Under the pieces are notes generated by a model that saw nothing but the letters and a program-made list of their open reading frames with translations, ran no database searches and was not told where the DNA came from. Made by a program: the position numbers and the translations under genes. Positions 49,795-59,432 of a stretch of 64,000 nucleotides of DNA are shown piece after piece (the first letter of the stretch is position 1; every line of letters starts with the position of its first letter). The stretch comes from Candidatus Thorarchaeota archaeon (GTDB lineage Archaea; Asgardarchaeota; Thorarchaeia; Thorarchaeales; Thorarchaeaceae): positions 85,557-149,556 of the forward strand of contig JBHLRS010000001.1 in assembly GCA_048882325.1 (NCBI GenBank), in the 5' to 3' direction.

Positions 49795-51966
49795 ATGAAC
49801 TCGAGAACAATATCGATTGCAATCGCGACTCTTGTGATGTTTAATGCACTTATGTCGGGCACAAACATCACAGTTAGAGGAGAGTATAGACTAGTGGAGA
49901 CGAGGTTGAATACTGCATCAACCCTTGCGCAACAGGAAGAGTTCAATATATCATCATACTATGATTTCTCAGTCGCTTCAATGGACATAATTGTATCACG
50001 TCTGATTAATTTGACAACTGGTGTTGTTTTTCATTCAAGTGATGCGGACTGGGAATTATTTGAGCTCACATCTAGTCTCTCGAATTATCACTGGACAATT
50101 AGAGCTCTCGCTCAAGCTTATGAAACAACGAATAATATCACATACTCTATTGCAATGAGTAGAGCTGCACTCAAAATGGTGGAATTATTCTACGACCCTG
50201 TATATCCTGGTTTTTACGTAAATGCATACTCAGACCCAGAGGTCGCAACCACTAAACGAGCAGGTGTTCAAGCTTATGCGTATTGGGCACTTGATAGAGC
50301 TGAAACAGTTAATGCCTCACTTGATTTCTCAGTTCAAAAAGAGAGCGCAATACACTGTTTAGCTGATATGCTAAATGATCCAATTTATGGTGGATTTTTC
50401 TTTTTCACAATGAGGAATGGGTCTCTCTCGATACCAGAGTACATCTGGGAGGTTTATCCTAATAATGGCAAGAGATTGGACCACTTGGCCCTTGGAGCGA
50501 CAGCGCTCTTCGATGCTGGAGTCGCAACCGGTAATACTACACTCATCAATATTGCTCAACAAGCATTGGAATTCCTTTCAATTCAGATGAGATATTATTA
50601 CGATATGGAATTTGTTGGTTTGCGATTGGCTGTTCTTAGAAATGGCGGAACCCTTGTGTTGGATGAGGGACTGCGACCCGGCCATACTGTTGTGACTGAT
50701 CTTAATGCTATAGCGATAAGAGCACTTTTGAAAGGATACGAAACAACTGGTGACTCCAGTTACCTGGATTTGGCTAGAGATGTATTTGAAGCATTATTAG
50801 CGAATAATTGGGATCAAACATCAGGCGGTTGGTTTGCAGAGGTACTAAATGGTGTACCTTATGATCCAAATAATGATGAAGATGTGAAATTCTACAAATA
50901 TTCGGAAATTCAATTTCAAATGATACTTGCACTTGAAGAACTCTATGAAACTACACTTGACCAATTTCCACTTCGTTTGATTATTGATACTTTGGAACTT
51001 GTTCTTGCTAAATTGTGGGAACCTGTTGATGAGGGTTTTGTAAGCAATGGAAATCAAGATTGGGATGTAATCGATCCAAATTGGGAGATTCATTATACTG
51101 CTGTCCAAAGTCAAGCTGTTCTTGTTCTTGAGCGAGTGTGGAGCTATGGACTTCCTTTTGTGAGCAATGTCCGAATTCAACCAACAAATCCGCGCCCCCA
51201 GGACCTCATTAACTTCATTGCTACTGCTCATGATGAAGATGGAATTAGTCTTGTATATGTGAATTACACCATGAATATTAACGGGAGTGAAACGAACGGT
51301 GTACTTGTATTAGAACCAAATCCATTTGCTGGAGGTGTATTCAACAGCTCAATGAGTAATCTCCCAGACCAGACAAGCTGCAACTTTATTGTAGTGGCAA
51401 ACGACACTACCGGCAGGGAATATGTCGCTGGATCTTACTACTTTCTTGTGCGTGAAGATATCTACGCACCTAGTGTAAATCTCCGAGCTATATATCCAAC
51501 AGATGAAGTTCGAGTAGGTGATGATGTGATTATTGACTTCAATGTCGTTGAATTTCCTTCACACAGCTTTGTTTATGATTGTCAGATCTGGTGGAGGGTA
51601 AATTCAGGATCGTTTGAAATTCAGAATATGACCTTCATGGGTGTGGACCAGGATAATATGGTCTTTCGTTACAATCTTGGACAATTTCATCGCAATGATG
51701 TAGTTGAGTTTGAAGGTCAATGCTTGGATGAATCTGGCAACCTTGGCATCAGCTCGAGGTTCAAACTGACCATACTCGGACCAAAGTTTGTTTTCACACC
51801 AACCACCCTATGGCAAATTTCACTAACTATTGGGTTGGTTGCTGCACCTGGAATAGGTTATTTGTATCTCAGGACCCGGAAAAGAGGCTATAGCGAGGCA
51901 CAACGTGAGGGGAAGAAAGCCGCGAAACGAAGGGCACGACGGCGGGGGCCAAGGGGGAGAAGGTAA
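49795..51966 (+). CDS. Exported (alpha/alpha)6-barrel-like protein (AGE/six-hairpin glycosidase-like) with Ig-like domains and TM anchor
   Basis: Repeated FYDPVYPGFY / LNDPIYGGFF / NWDQTSGGWF / LWEPVDEGFV and YETTGDSSYLDLA helices; C-terminal TM helix and very basic tail. Confidence 0.6.
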   Translation: MNSRTISIAIATLVMFNALMSGTNITVRGEYRLVETRLNTASTLAQQEEFNISSYYDFSVASMDIIVSRLINLTTGVVFHSSDADWELFELTSSLSNYHWTIRALAQAYETTNNITYSIAMSRAALKMVELFYDPVYPGFYVNAYSDPEVATTKRAGVQAYAYWALDRAETVNASLDFSVQKESAIHCLADMLNDPIYGGFFFFTMRNGSLSIPEYIWEVYPNNGKRLDHLALGATALFDAGVATGNTTLINIAQQALEFLSIQMRYYYDMEFVGLRLAVLRNGGTLVLDEGLRPGHTVVTDLNAIAIRALLKGYETTGDSSYLDLARDVFEALLANNWDQTSGGWFAEVLNGVPYDPNNDEDVKFYKYSEIQFQMILALEELYETTLDQFPLRLIIDTLELVLAKLWEPVDEGFVSNGNQDWDVIDPNWEIHYTAVQSQAVLVLERVWSYGLPFVSNVRIQPTNPRPQDLINFIATAHDEDGISLVYVNYTMNINGSETNGVLVLEPNPFAGGVFNSSMSNLPDQTSCNFIVVANDTTGREYVAGSYYFLVREDIYAPSVNLRAIYPTDEVRVGDDVIIDFNVVEFPSHSFVYDCQIWWRVNSGSFEIQNMTFMGVDQDNMVFRYNLGQFHRNDVVEFEGQCLDESGNLGISSRFKLTILGPKFVFTPTTLWQISLTIGLVAAPGIGYLYLRTRKRGYSEAQREGKKAAKRRARRRGPRGRR

Positions 51967-51987
51967 AACTAATTCGGAGTTGATACT

Positions 51988-54045
51988 TTGGATATCGGAA
52001 CTATATTTCTAATCGTTGCTGTTACAGTAGGGATTTTGGATGCCATTATTTTACTAATTGGTCCGAGAATTGAGAACTATGATCGATACTCATTTCTTGC
52101 TTCTCTAGTTTCTTTCGGAGCTGCAGTTGGCGCCCTATTATGGATGACTACTTTGATTTTCACCAATCAGTTCCAATACGACTATGTTGCGCAAGTAACA
52201 AGTCGGAATACTGGCCTACTGTTGAAGCTATCAGCAATATGGGCTGGACAGTCAGGTTCCTTGATCTTCTGGACTTTCCTGTCATTCACTTTCTATTTCG
52301 GGTTTAGACTTGTTACTAGAGGGTATGAAGATGACAAACTCATCTATCGCGCTGGAATAATCATTGTTGTGGAATCTATCCTAGTGGCTGTGAACACACT
52401 TGTGGCTGAACCATTCAGGCTTATTGACGGAACTGTTCCTACAGATGGACTTGGTCTTAATCCGCTTTTGTCCACGATTTGGAATGTGATTCACCCACCG
52501 ATAATATTCATTGGATACGCATTGATCCTTATTCCTTTCTCAGTAAAGTTAGCTGGTTATACATTGCCTAGTGAGGAACGAAATCAAGATCCAATTCCTG
52601 TTCTGGGTTCTTATGTTCGATTCACAACGATATTTGCTTGGCTAATGCTCTCATGTGGAATTGCAATTGGTGGATATTGGGCCTATATTGTTCTTGGTTG
52701 GGGTGGTTACTGGGCTTGGGACCCTGTTGAGACAACATCGCTCATTCCGTGGTTATTACTCACTGCATACTACCACGCTAAGCCTACGCTAAAGAATAAT
52801 GATGTGGTCCGTGATTCTTTTTTGGTGATGGCATATAGCGCTGTTGTTTTCGCGACTTGGACTACAAGAAGTGGAGTGCTTACAACAGTGCATGGATTTG
52901 GACTCTCAAATGTCAGCTGGTCCATGTTGACAACACTCGTAGCTAACTTTGTGATAGGTACTATCCTAATTCTATACTCAGGATTCCGCGACATGGAAGA
53001 TGACCAAGCAGATGGACCTGGTTGGTTTGATCTGTCAGATGTTCGGCTATTTTCAATTAAGATGGCGTTGATTGGTGTGCTCGTGGTAACTGCCACTTCC
53101 ACAATTGGTGTTGTTCTTCCTGCAGTTCACAATGTATGGCAAGCTATCGTCGATCCAGCAAACCTCTCTGATAACATGATTGGGATCGATATTGAATTCT
53201 TTAGGATGGGATTCTACGCAGCATGTGTCTTCCTAATAGGATCAGCATTCTTTTGCATGAGAACGAATTTCTTGACTTATACGATAAGAGGAATAATTAT
53301 CGCTATAGCTGGTGGTGCTGGTGTTATGCTTGTGGCCTTCTCTGTTTTTGGAGGATTTGGTCCATTACCAACAAACTACTGGCCTGCGAATCTTTTGGTC
53401 ATACCAGTAGTTGCAGCAATCGTTTTTCTTGTGATAGCATTCATACGTCAAATGATTGGAAGAGACGCGATAGCCAGTACACGGCAGATGGGACGTTTAA
53501 TGCTTCATCTAGGCCTGTTACTATTGCTTTTCGGTGTCTTCATGAGCGAGAATGTTGTCCACGAGACCAATTTTGGCTATCGAGAAAATGACATGCAGGA
53601 AATCGCTCCAAATATTCTCATTCAAGTGACGGATATCAACCTGATGTATTGGGTCCATGATCGGGACTTCAATATGGTCGTAACGATAAGTGTCATCCAC
53701 AACACAAGTCGAGGTCTTGAGAGTGTTGGCGTTGGGTATGCCTCGGTCACAGGACATCCTGGCTGGAATATGGTCAGCCATAGGGTCTTTCTACATTCAA
53801 CTGCCTTTAGAGATGTCTTCATCGCTGTCACTGGTTTCTCGACAATTGTTCCAGGCATATATCAGGTCACTGTTCATACAAAGATACTACCTATGGTATC
53901 TTTCGTGTGGATTGGCGCGTTTTTGATGGTATCAGCGATGCTTCCGATATTTGGTATAGAGATTCAGAGACTAGTAAAATCTCTACGAGGAAAGGAGGCG
54001 CATCTCTATGAGGATGCTCAAGAAGGTCAAGAAGCGATAATGTAG
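51988..54045 (+). CDS. ccmF: Cytochrome c synthase CcmF
   Basis: WAGQSGSL, GLNPLL, IHPP, WGGYWAWDPVET, TRSG...VHGF, MLHLG. Confidence 0.93.
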   Translation: MDIGTIFLIVAVTVGILDAIILLIGPRIENYDRYSFLASLVSFGAAVGALLWMTTLIFTNQFQYDYVAQVTSRNTGLLLKLSAIWAGQSGSLIFWTFLSFTFYFGFRLVTRGYEDDKLIYRAGIIIVVESILVAVNTLVAEPFRLIDGTVPTDGLGLNPLLSTIWNVIHPPIIFIGYALILIPFSVKLAGYTLPSEERNQDPIPVLGSYVRFTTIFAWLMLSCGIAIGGYWAYIVLGWGGYWAWDPVETTSLIPWLLLTAYYHAKPTLKNNDVVRDSFLVMAYSAVVFATWTTRSGVLTTVHGFGLSNVSWSMLTTLVANFVIGTILILYSGFRDMEDDQADGPGWFDLSDVRLFSIKMALIGVLVVTATSTIGVVLPAVHNVWQAIVDPANLSDNMIGIDIEFFRMGFYAACVFLIGSAFFCMRTNFLTYTIRGIIIAIAGGAGVMLVAFSVFGGFGPLPTNYWPANLLVIPVVAAIVFLVIAFIRQMIGRDAIASTRQMGRLMLHLGLLLLLFGVFMSENVVHETNFGYRENDMQEIAPNILIQVTDINLMYWVHDRDFNMVVTISVIHNTSRGLESVGVGYASVTGHPGWNMVSHRVFLHSTAFRDVFIAVTGFSTIVPGIYQVTVHTKILPMVSFVWIGAFLMVSAMLPIFGIEIQRLVKSLRGKEAHLYEDAQEGQEAIM

Positions 54046-54152
54046 GATTACGAAGGAAATCTTAACATTCAGGATGGCCAAGCTTTCAATTCGGCCATCG
54101 CTTCTCTATTTCAAGAAGAGTTATACATTCGACTCTATCATGAAGAATAGTA

Positions 54153-55358
54153 TTGGACGGTTGCCAATTGACTCATTCCTATGATATTGCAATTGTTGGT
54201 GCGGGTCCAGCTGGTTCTAGTGTAGCAAAGGTGACCGCAAGAAATGGATTGCGCACAATAGTCTTTGATCGACGCTCCACAGTTGGTGTTCCAATCCAGT
54301 GTGGAGAGTTGATTCCATCACCTAGGGAAGCTAAAAACCTCTTCCCAAATTCAAAGAGAATGCCTCGAGTTGTTCATATACCGCCAAAATTCATCACAAA
54401 CAAGACTCGATGTATACGGTTGATATCCCCAAATGGGACCACATACGAGTTTCCGTTTGAAGCTAATATTGTGGATAGAGCCAAGTTTGATGAACATCTA
54501 ACGCTTCAAGCTGAAGAGGTTGGAGCTGAGTTCCATTATAGCTCGACTGTAAAGAGCCGAAATAAGACTAACGAGTTAGCAATCAGGACCCATCAATCAT
54601 TTACTACCAAAAAAGCTGGTATCATTGTTGGAGCTGATGGTGCTCAATCTATTGTAGGTAAATCTCTTGGGTCTTCATACATGCATGCAGAGGCTGATTT
54701 GAGCGCATCTCTTCAGTATGTGATGTCTGGTACAGATGTTGATCCAACCGTTGTTGAGATGTATTTTGGCGAAAAGATTGCGCCAGGTGGATATTCTTGG
54801 GTCATTCCTAAAGGTGATGGTATTGCAAACATCGGATTTGGTATGAGGAGAAGTATCGCAACTGATGATACATCTCTCCAAACGTACCTAAAACGATTTG
54901 TTCACAAAACTTTGGCGACTGTCTTGATGAATGCGAAAATAGAAAGTAGGATTGGAGCTATTATTCCTGTCGGAGGTCCCCTTCCACGAACATGGTCGAA
55001 GAATGTGATTTTAGTTGGAGACGCCGCTGGCCATGTTATGGCATCGAATGGTGGAGGTATTCCAACAGCTTTGTGTGGAGGTGAAATAGCTGGAGATGTA
55101 ATTTCAAACCATTTCCATACAAATATCTCACTTTCTGAATATGAAGAAAATTGGAGAGATGAATTTGGCAGGGAGCTTGAAACTGCTCTTCGCGTCTTAA
55201 GAATTGCAGACAACGTGATGCCTTCCGATAGATTAACTGACATATGCATGAAACTTGCAGGAGTTCGATTTCTCGAACCGTTGATTCGCTGTCGATTACC
55301 TCTCCCGGTTGATATTGCGTCCAAAACGATGGTCAAAATCATGAATCAGTTTCTTTGA
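54153..55358 (+). CDS. Geranylgeranyl reductase family protein
   Basis: IVGAGPAGS, CGE, GADGAQS, PGGYSWVIPK, VGDAAG, GGGI. Confidence 0.9.
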   Translation: MDGCQLTHSYDIAIVGAGPAGSSVAKVTARNGLRTIVFDRRSTVGVPIQCGELIPSPREAKNLFPNSKRMPRVVHIPPKFITNKTRCIRLISPNGTTYEFPFEANIVDRAKFDEHLTLQAEEVGAEFHYSSTVKSRNKTNELAIRTHQSFTTKKAGIIVGADGAQSIVGKSLGSSYMHAEADLSASLQYVMSGTDVDPTVVEMYFGEKIAPGGYSWVIPKGDGIANIGFGMRRSIATDDTSLQTYLKRFVHKTLATVLMNAKIESRIGAIIPVGGPLPRTWSKNVILVGDAAGHVMASNGGGIPTALCGGEIAGDVISNHFHTNISLSEYEENWRDEFGRELETALRVLRIADNVMPSDRLTDICMKLAGVRFLEPLIRCRLPLPVDIASKTMVKIMNQFL

Positions 55359-55359
55359 A

Positions 55360-56415
55360 CTAGTAGAGTCGTTTCATAGCAAAGTCTGCAAGGAGTAGAA
55401 GTAGCTCCTCGTTCATCAAATCATATCCTCTTATCGCTTGCTTCGCTTCAAGCATGTAATCCCTTGCTACTGAGGTAGAGTGCTCAACTGACTTGCACTC
55501 TTTGATTCTCTTTAATGCGTATTTCACATCGCCATCATTCAATTTCTGAACAAAAATCTCTTTCTCTTTAGGTGAACATTTTTCAATTGCATGGGCCAGG
55601 ACGTAGTTACTCCGGCTGCCTCTTAGATCCGACAGAACTGTCTTTCCGGTTCCATTTTGAGTGGCAATAATATCTAGAATATCATCTCGAATCTGAAACG
55701 AGTAGCCAAGCTTCTCTGAGAATTTTATCAAAGCCTCAAGTTGGTTCTCGTTAGCATCTCCAAGCATTGCGCCAACCTTTGCAGCAGAAGTCATGAATGA
55801 GACGGTTTTCATACGGATGATATCCAAAGCCGCGGTAGTCGTGTACGATTGTACTTTGTCCTTGCTCATTAGAAGGTCTGCAGCCTCTCCCTCACACATT
55901 CTGATTCCACCAGCCGCCACATAGGTGAGAAGCTGAGGTGTCGACCTCTCTCCAATCAATTTGATTGCTAATGCTACCAGTAGGTCTCCTGCAATCACTG
56001 CCATTTTCCTACCATACTTCTCATGAGTGGCCTCGACCCCACGTCGAACTTCGTCCTCATCAATGACATCATCATGAATCAGACTAGCTGTTTGAACAAA
56101 CTCTGTTGCGACTGCAAAGGGTAGCGCATCAACCACAGTTCCACCAACTGCTTCACAACAAAGGATCAGTAAAAGAGATCGTAGTCTCTTACCACCTGCA
56201 AGTATCAGATGACGTGTGGTTTCATAGAGGATTGCTGGTTCTCCATCCTCATCCAAAAGACATCGTTTGATCTCCTCATTTATGAGGTTGATTCGAGTAC
56301 GAATCTTTTCATTAGTAAGCAGCTCGGTTGTATCCATCAACCTCAGGGATTCATCTTCAAGCTGAGGATTAGAACCAGTTTTAACAGAGGGTCGTTCTGA
56401 CATTTGATGGTACAC
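55360..56415 (-). CDS. Polyprenyl diphosphate synthase (IdsA/IspA family)
   Basis: GGKRLR, FARM LIHDDVID..RRG, AGDLL, KT, SARM FQIRDDILD. Confidence 0.92.
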   Translation of the reverse strand: MYHQMSERPSVKTGSNPQLEDESLRLMDTTELLTNEKIRTRINLINEEIKRCLLDEDGEPAILYETTRHLILAGGKRLRSLLLILCCEAVGGTVVDALPFAVATEFVQTASLIHDDVIDEDEVRRGVEATHEKYGRKMAVIAGDLLVALAIKLIGERSTPQLLTYVAAGGIRMCEGEAADLLMSKDKVQSYTTTAALDIIRMKTVSFMTSAAKVGAMLGDANENQLEALIKFSEKLGYSFQIRDDILDIIATQNGTGKTVLSDLRGSRSNYVLAHAIEKCSPKEKEIFVQKLNDGDVKYALKRIKECKSVEHSTSVARDYMLEAKQAIRGYDLMNEELLLLLADFAMKRLY

Positions 56416-56536
56416 CTAGCGACTGTTTCAATTCTTAAGCACCTTAAAGCAGTTACCTTTCCTCATGCAATTATCAAACCAAAGGCAATCCTTTTCTATG
56501 ATTAGAAATTGTGATGTATTAATCTTGGTGACCATC

Positions 56537-57583
56537 ATGGCTTCCAATGTTGACACCTCTCTCAAAAAACCATCCCGATTTCGAATATGGCTTGCTGAGA
56601 TGAGGGCTCCTTTTCTGACAGCAGCCATTGTCCCAGTCATTCTGGGTACGTGCGTGGCATGGGCGTCAAGCGGAGTTTTCTTACTAGATGTGTTTCTTCT
56701 GACACTAATTGCAGGAGTGTTCATTCACATAGGCGTAAACGTTGCGAATGATTACTATGATCACAAGAGTGGCACTGATGACATTAATGTCGACTATGTT
56801 CGCCCGTTCACTGGCGGAAGTCGAATGATTCAAAGAGGTTGGATGACTCCCAGAGAGGTTTTTACAGAATCTATGGTCTTCTTCATCCTTGGTGGTGGGA
56901 TCGGTATCTATCTAGCCTATACGAGAGGAGTAGAAGTTCTAATACTGGGAATCATTGGTGTTGGCTCAGGTTTTTTCTATACTGCGCCGCCTTTTCGGTT
57001 CGTTAGCCGTGGGTATGGCGAGGTGTTCATAGGACTGGACTTTGGTGTACTCATGACACTTGGGGCGTATTTCGTTCAGACTCAAGTATTGGCATGGGAG
57101 GCTGTATGGCCATCAATTCCAGTGGCTATTCTGATCACGGCAGTGCTTTACATCAATGAGTTTCCAGATCATGATGCAGATCGTGATGCTGGAAAGAGAA
57201 CCATTGTGGTACGTCTTGGTCGAAAACTTGCTGCAAAAGGATATGCTGTCTTGATGGTGTCTGTCTATCTTTCTATACTGGTCCCTATCGTTTTCAATCC
57301 AGGAATCTGGTTCACAATTCTGGGACTAGCCACAATACCAGTGGCTATTCTTTCTACAAGGTATGCATTAACCCACTATGATCATCCACTTCCCCTAACA
57401 CCTGCATATGCAGGAACGGTGACTAATCACCTCCTCACTGGTCTGTTCTTAGCATGGTCATACATTCTCATTGGACTCGGAAGAGAACCGATCTGTGTTT
57501 TAATCTGGGGGATTGTCTTCACAACTGTTTCTCTATTGTTTTACATCTTCACAGAACGAAAGGCAAAGGCTGTAGCAGGCTAA
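56537..57583 (+). CDS. menA: 1,4-dihydroxy-2-naphthoate polyprenyltransferase (MenA, UbiA family)
   Basis: RAPFL, NVANDYYDHKSGTD, FTGGSR, YTAPP, GYGEV, INEFPDHDADRDAGKRT. Start at ATG 56537 after GGTGA. Confidence 0.85.
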   Translation: MASNVDTSLKKPSRFRIWLAEMRAPFLTAAIVPVILGTCVAWASSGVFLLDVFLLTLIAGVFIHIGVNVANDYYDHKSGTDDINVDYVRPFTGGSRMIQRGWMTPREVFTESMVFFILGGGIGIYLAYTRGVEVLILGIIGVGSGFFYTAPPFRFVSRGYGEVFIGLDFGVLMTLGAYFVQTQVLAWEAVWPSIPVAILITAVLYINEFPDHDADRDAGKRTIVVRLGRKLAAKGYAVLMVSVYLSILVPIVFNPGIWFTILGLATIPVAILSTRYALTHYDHPLPLTPAYAGTVTNHLLTGLFLAWSYILIGLGREPICVLIWGIVFTTVSLLFYIFTERKAKAVAG

Positions 57584-57608
57584 GCGAATCTTCTGGTGAG
57601 TTTGTCTA

Positions 57609-58097
57609 TCACTGGACCCTAGAGGCTGTCCATTTGTAGAAATTGGCTCCCATCCAGTATGAGATCTTTCGAGGTTTGATTTGTATTGCAATTCTTGAAC
57701 CCATTGGGTAACCCGGCCCTAGGAAATGAATGTACTTGGCAAGAAATTCAACCATCACCTGATTGTCTGCAATCTCCATTTCTATCAATTGTGCTCGTCC
57801 TTGAATCATGACCCCACGATTTCTAGCAGGAGATCTCGCATCTCTTTCATCCACTGTTACGCATACTCGAGTGTTGCGACGGATGTTTCTAACCTTTCGA
57901 CTCTGCCTAGTTGAAACCAAGTAGATAGACTCTGAATCATCATCCCAGATGAAGAACATAGCTGTTAGATGTGGATCACATTCTGGTTCAGCTGTTCCAA
58001 GATATGCAAAGAAACCATCTCTCAGTATATCGAGGGCTGGTCTTGGAATTTTCTTTGTGCTCTTGGTGAAGGCCTTTTGTGGCTTTGATAGAAACAT
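57609..58097 (-). CDS. Pyridoxamine 5'-phosphate oxidase-like split beta-barrel protein (FMN/F420/heme-binding family)
   Basis: FAYLGTA..PHLTAMFF, SRKVRNIRRNTRVCVTVD, GVMIQGRA. Confidence 0.8.
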   Translation of the reverse strand: MFLSKPQKAFTKSTKKIPRPALDILRDGFFAYLGTAEPECDPHLTAMFFIWDDDSESIYLVSTRQSRKVRNIRRNTRVCVTVDERDARSPARNRGVMIQGRAQLIEMEIADNQVMVEFLAKYIHFLGPGYPMGSRIAIQIKPRKISYWMGANFYKWTASRVQ

Positions 58098-58101
58098 GAT
58101 G

Positions 58102-59364
58102 TCACGCTCTCAATGTTGTTGGCTTTGCCTCTCTCCAATAAGTAATCCTCTCGGGTTCGATTCTGACCATCACCCTGGAGATGAAGGGTTTGTTTTGCCA
58201 TGCTAGCGGTAGTTCTCGCACGTTTGTTTCGTAGTACTTCATATATCGGGGGTACTTCCCCGCAAACAAGGAACGGACTCTCACCATCCAAAGTCCGTAG
58301 ATGAACATTCTGGCTATTCCCATTAGTGTTATTTCACCGAGGACCAAAGCTTTTCCCCTCACCATCACTGCTCGATTTCGCATTGGATTTATAGCATCTC
58401 TCATGTCAACAAGAATCGCAGCCTTTGGATTCTCCTTGATTATCCTATACTTTGCAGAGGCAACTGAAATTCCTATGTAGATATACTTTCCATCATATAC
58501 AAAGATGACTGGAGTTACATGTGCTTGACCTGAGGCACAAAGTCCAACATATGCAAATCGTTCATTGAATAGAATACTCTCTACATCAGGTGGGAACCAT
58601 GGAACAGTTTCCATTGCTAAGAAACTGAGGAAAGAAAACCCAATGATAAAGACCAAATAAGCTAGTAGTCCAAGTAGCAAGAGCGGCGAGTGAACTGCCA
58701 CAGGGATGATAAGCGCCGCTGAGGCTCCCCAATATAGATTCACTGAGTCCAGAAACTTTAGCGTACGAATCTCAGAATATGCTGTGTATTGCAAACCTCT
58801 TCTTCTTCTTGCAGCGAAGCTTAAAGCGATTGATCTACGTGCCGCAAAAAGTGTGGTAATGAAAGAAAGGCCCAATCTGTAGCTAACATCCCAACTTAGA
58901 ACGAGGACCAAAATGAACAATAATGGATTTCCATATCCTGGACCTAAGAAATGCTGTAAGAATTCTGAGTCTCTCATGGCATAAACAATTAATCCCAAAA
59001 AAAGGAGGACCCCAGGAGCTAGCTCATAACTCCTTTTCATAAGAAGATCCTCTTTATACTCTTGAAGCACTCTCAGCTCCTGCTTGTTTGTCGGATCTCT
59101 CAGTCGTCTCATCGATGGTATAATGTATAGGCAACCAGCAGACCAGATGACTGTATACATTATGGTCAGTGTGCCAAGAATTACCGATTCAACTGGCATT
59201 TGAAAATAGATGAACGCAAAGATGCCCACTGCCTCGACTAGGAAAAGCTGTGCAATGACATCCCAGGTAGGCGGCAACCATCGAAACGGTGGGATGTACT
59301 CTACAATCTCCTCATAGATCCATTTTCTCTGACTCCGCCTTTGCTGTTCAGAATCGACAGTCAT
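58102..59364 (-). CDS. Membrane protein (~6 TM) fused to a C-terminal PPOX-like split beta-barrel
   Basis: Hydrophobic N-terminal ~250 aa; C-terminus FAYVG..AHVTPVIF, SAKYRIIKENPKAAILVD, AVMVRGKA. Confidence 0.75.
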   Translation of the reverse strand: MTVDSEQQRRSQRKWIYEEIVEYIPPFRWLPPTWDVIAQLFLVEAVGIFAFIYFQMPVESVILGTLTIMYTVIWSAGCLYIIPSMRRLRDPTNKQELRVLQEYKEDLLMKRSYELAPGVLLFLGLIVYAMRDSEFLQHFLGPGYGNPLLFILVLVLSWDVSYRLGLSFITTLFAARRSIALSFAARRRRGLQYTAYSEIRTLKFLDSVNLYWGASAALIIPVAVHSPLLLLGLLAYLVFIIGFSFLSFLAMETVPWFPPDVESILFNERFAYVGLCASGQAHVTPVIFVYDGKYIYIGISVASAKYRIIKENPKAAILVDMRDAINPMRNRAVMVRGKALVLGEITLMGIARMFIYGLWMVRVRSLFAGKYPRYMKYYETNVRELPLAWQNKPFISRVMVRIEPERITYWREAKPTTLRA

Positions 59365-59432
59365 TATTTTGTAGCTTTACACGGCTGTATATTTACATGT
59401 CGAAACTGAGTAGAGGAACCAATAGGTTCAGT

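Noticed and set aside
54073-54099. Hairpin GATGGCC-N13-GGCCATC after ccmF as a SECIS or ncRNA
   Set aside because: Short stem, no selenoprotein candidate nearby; at most a terminator or processing site.
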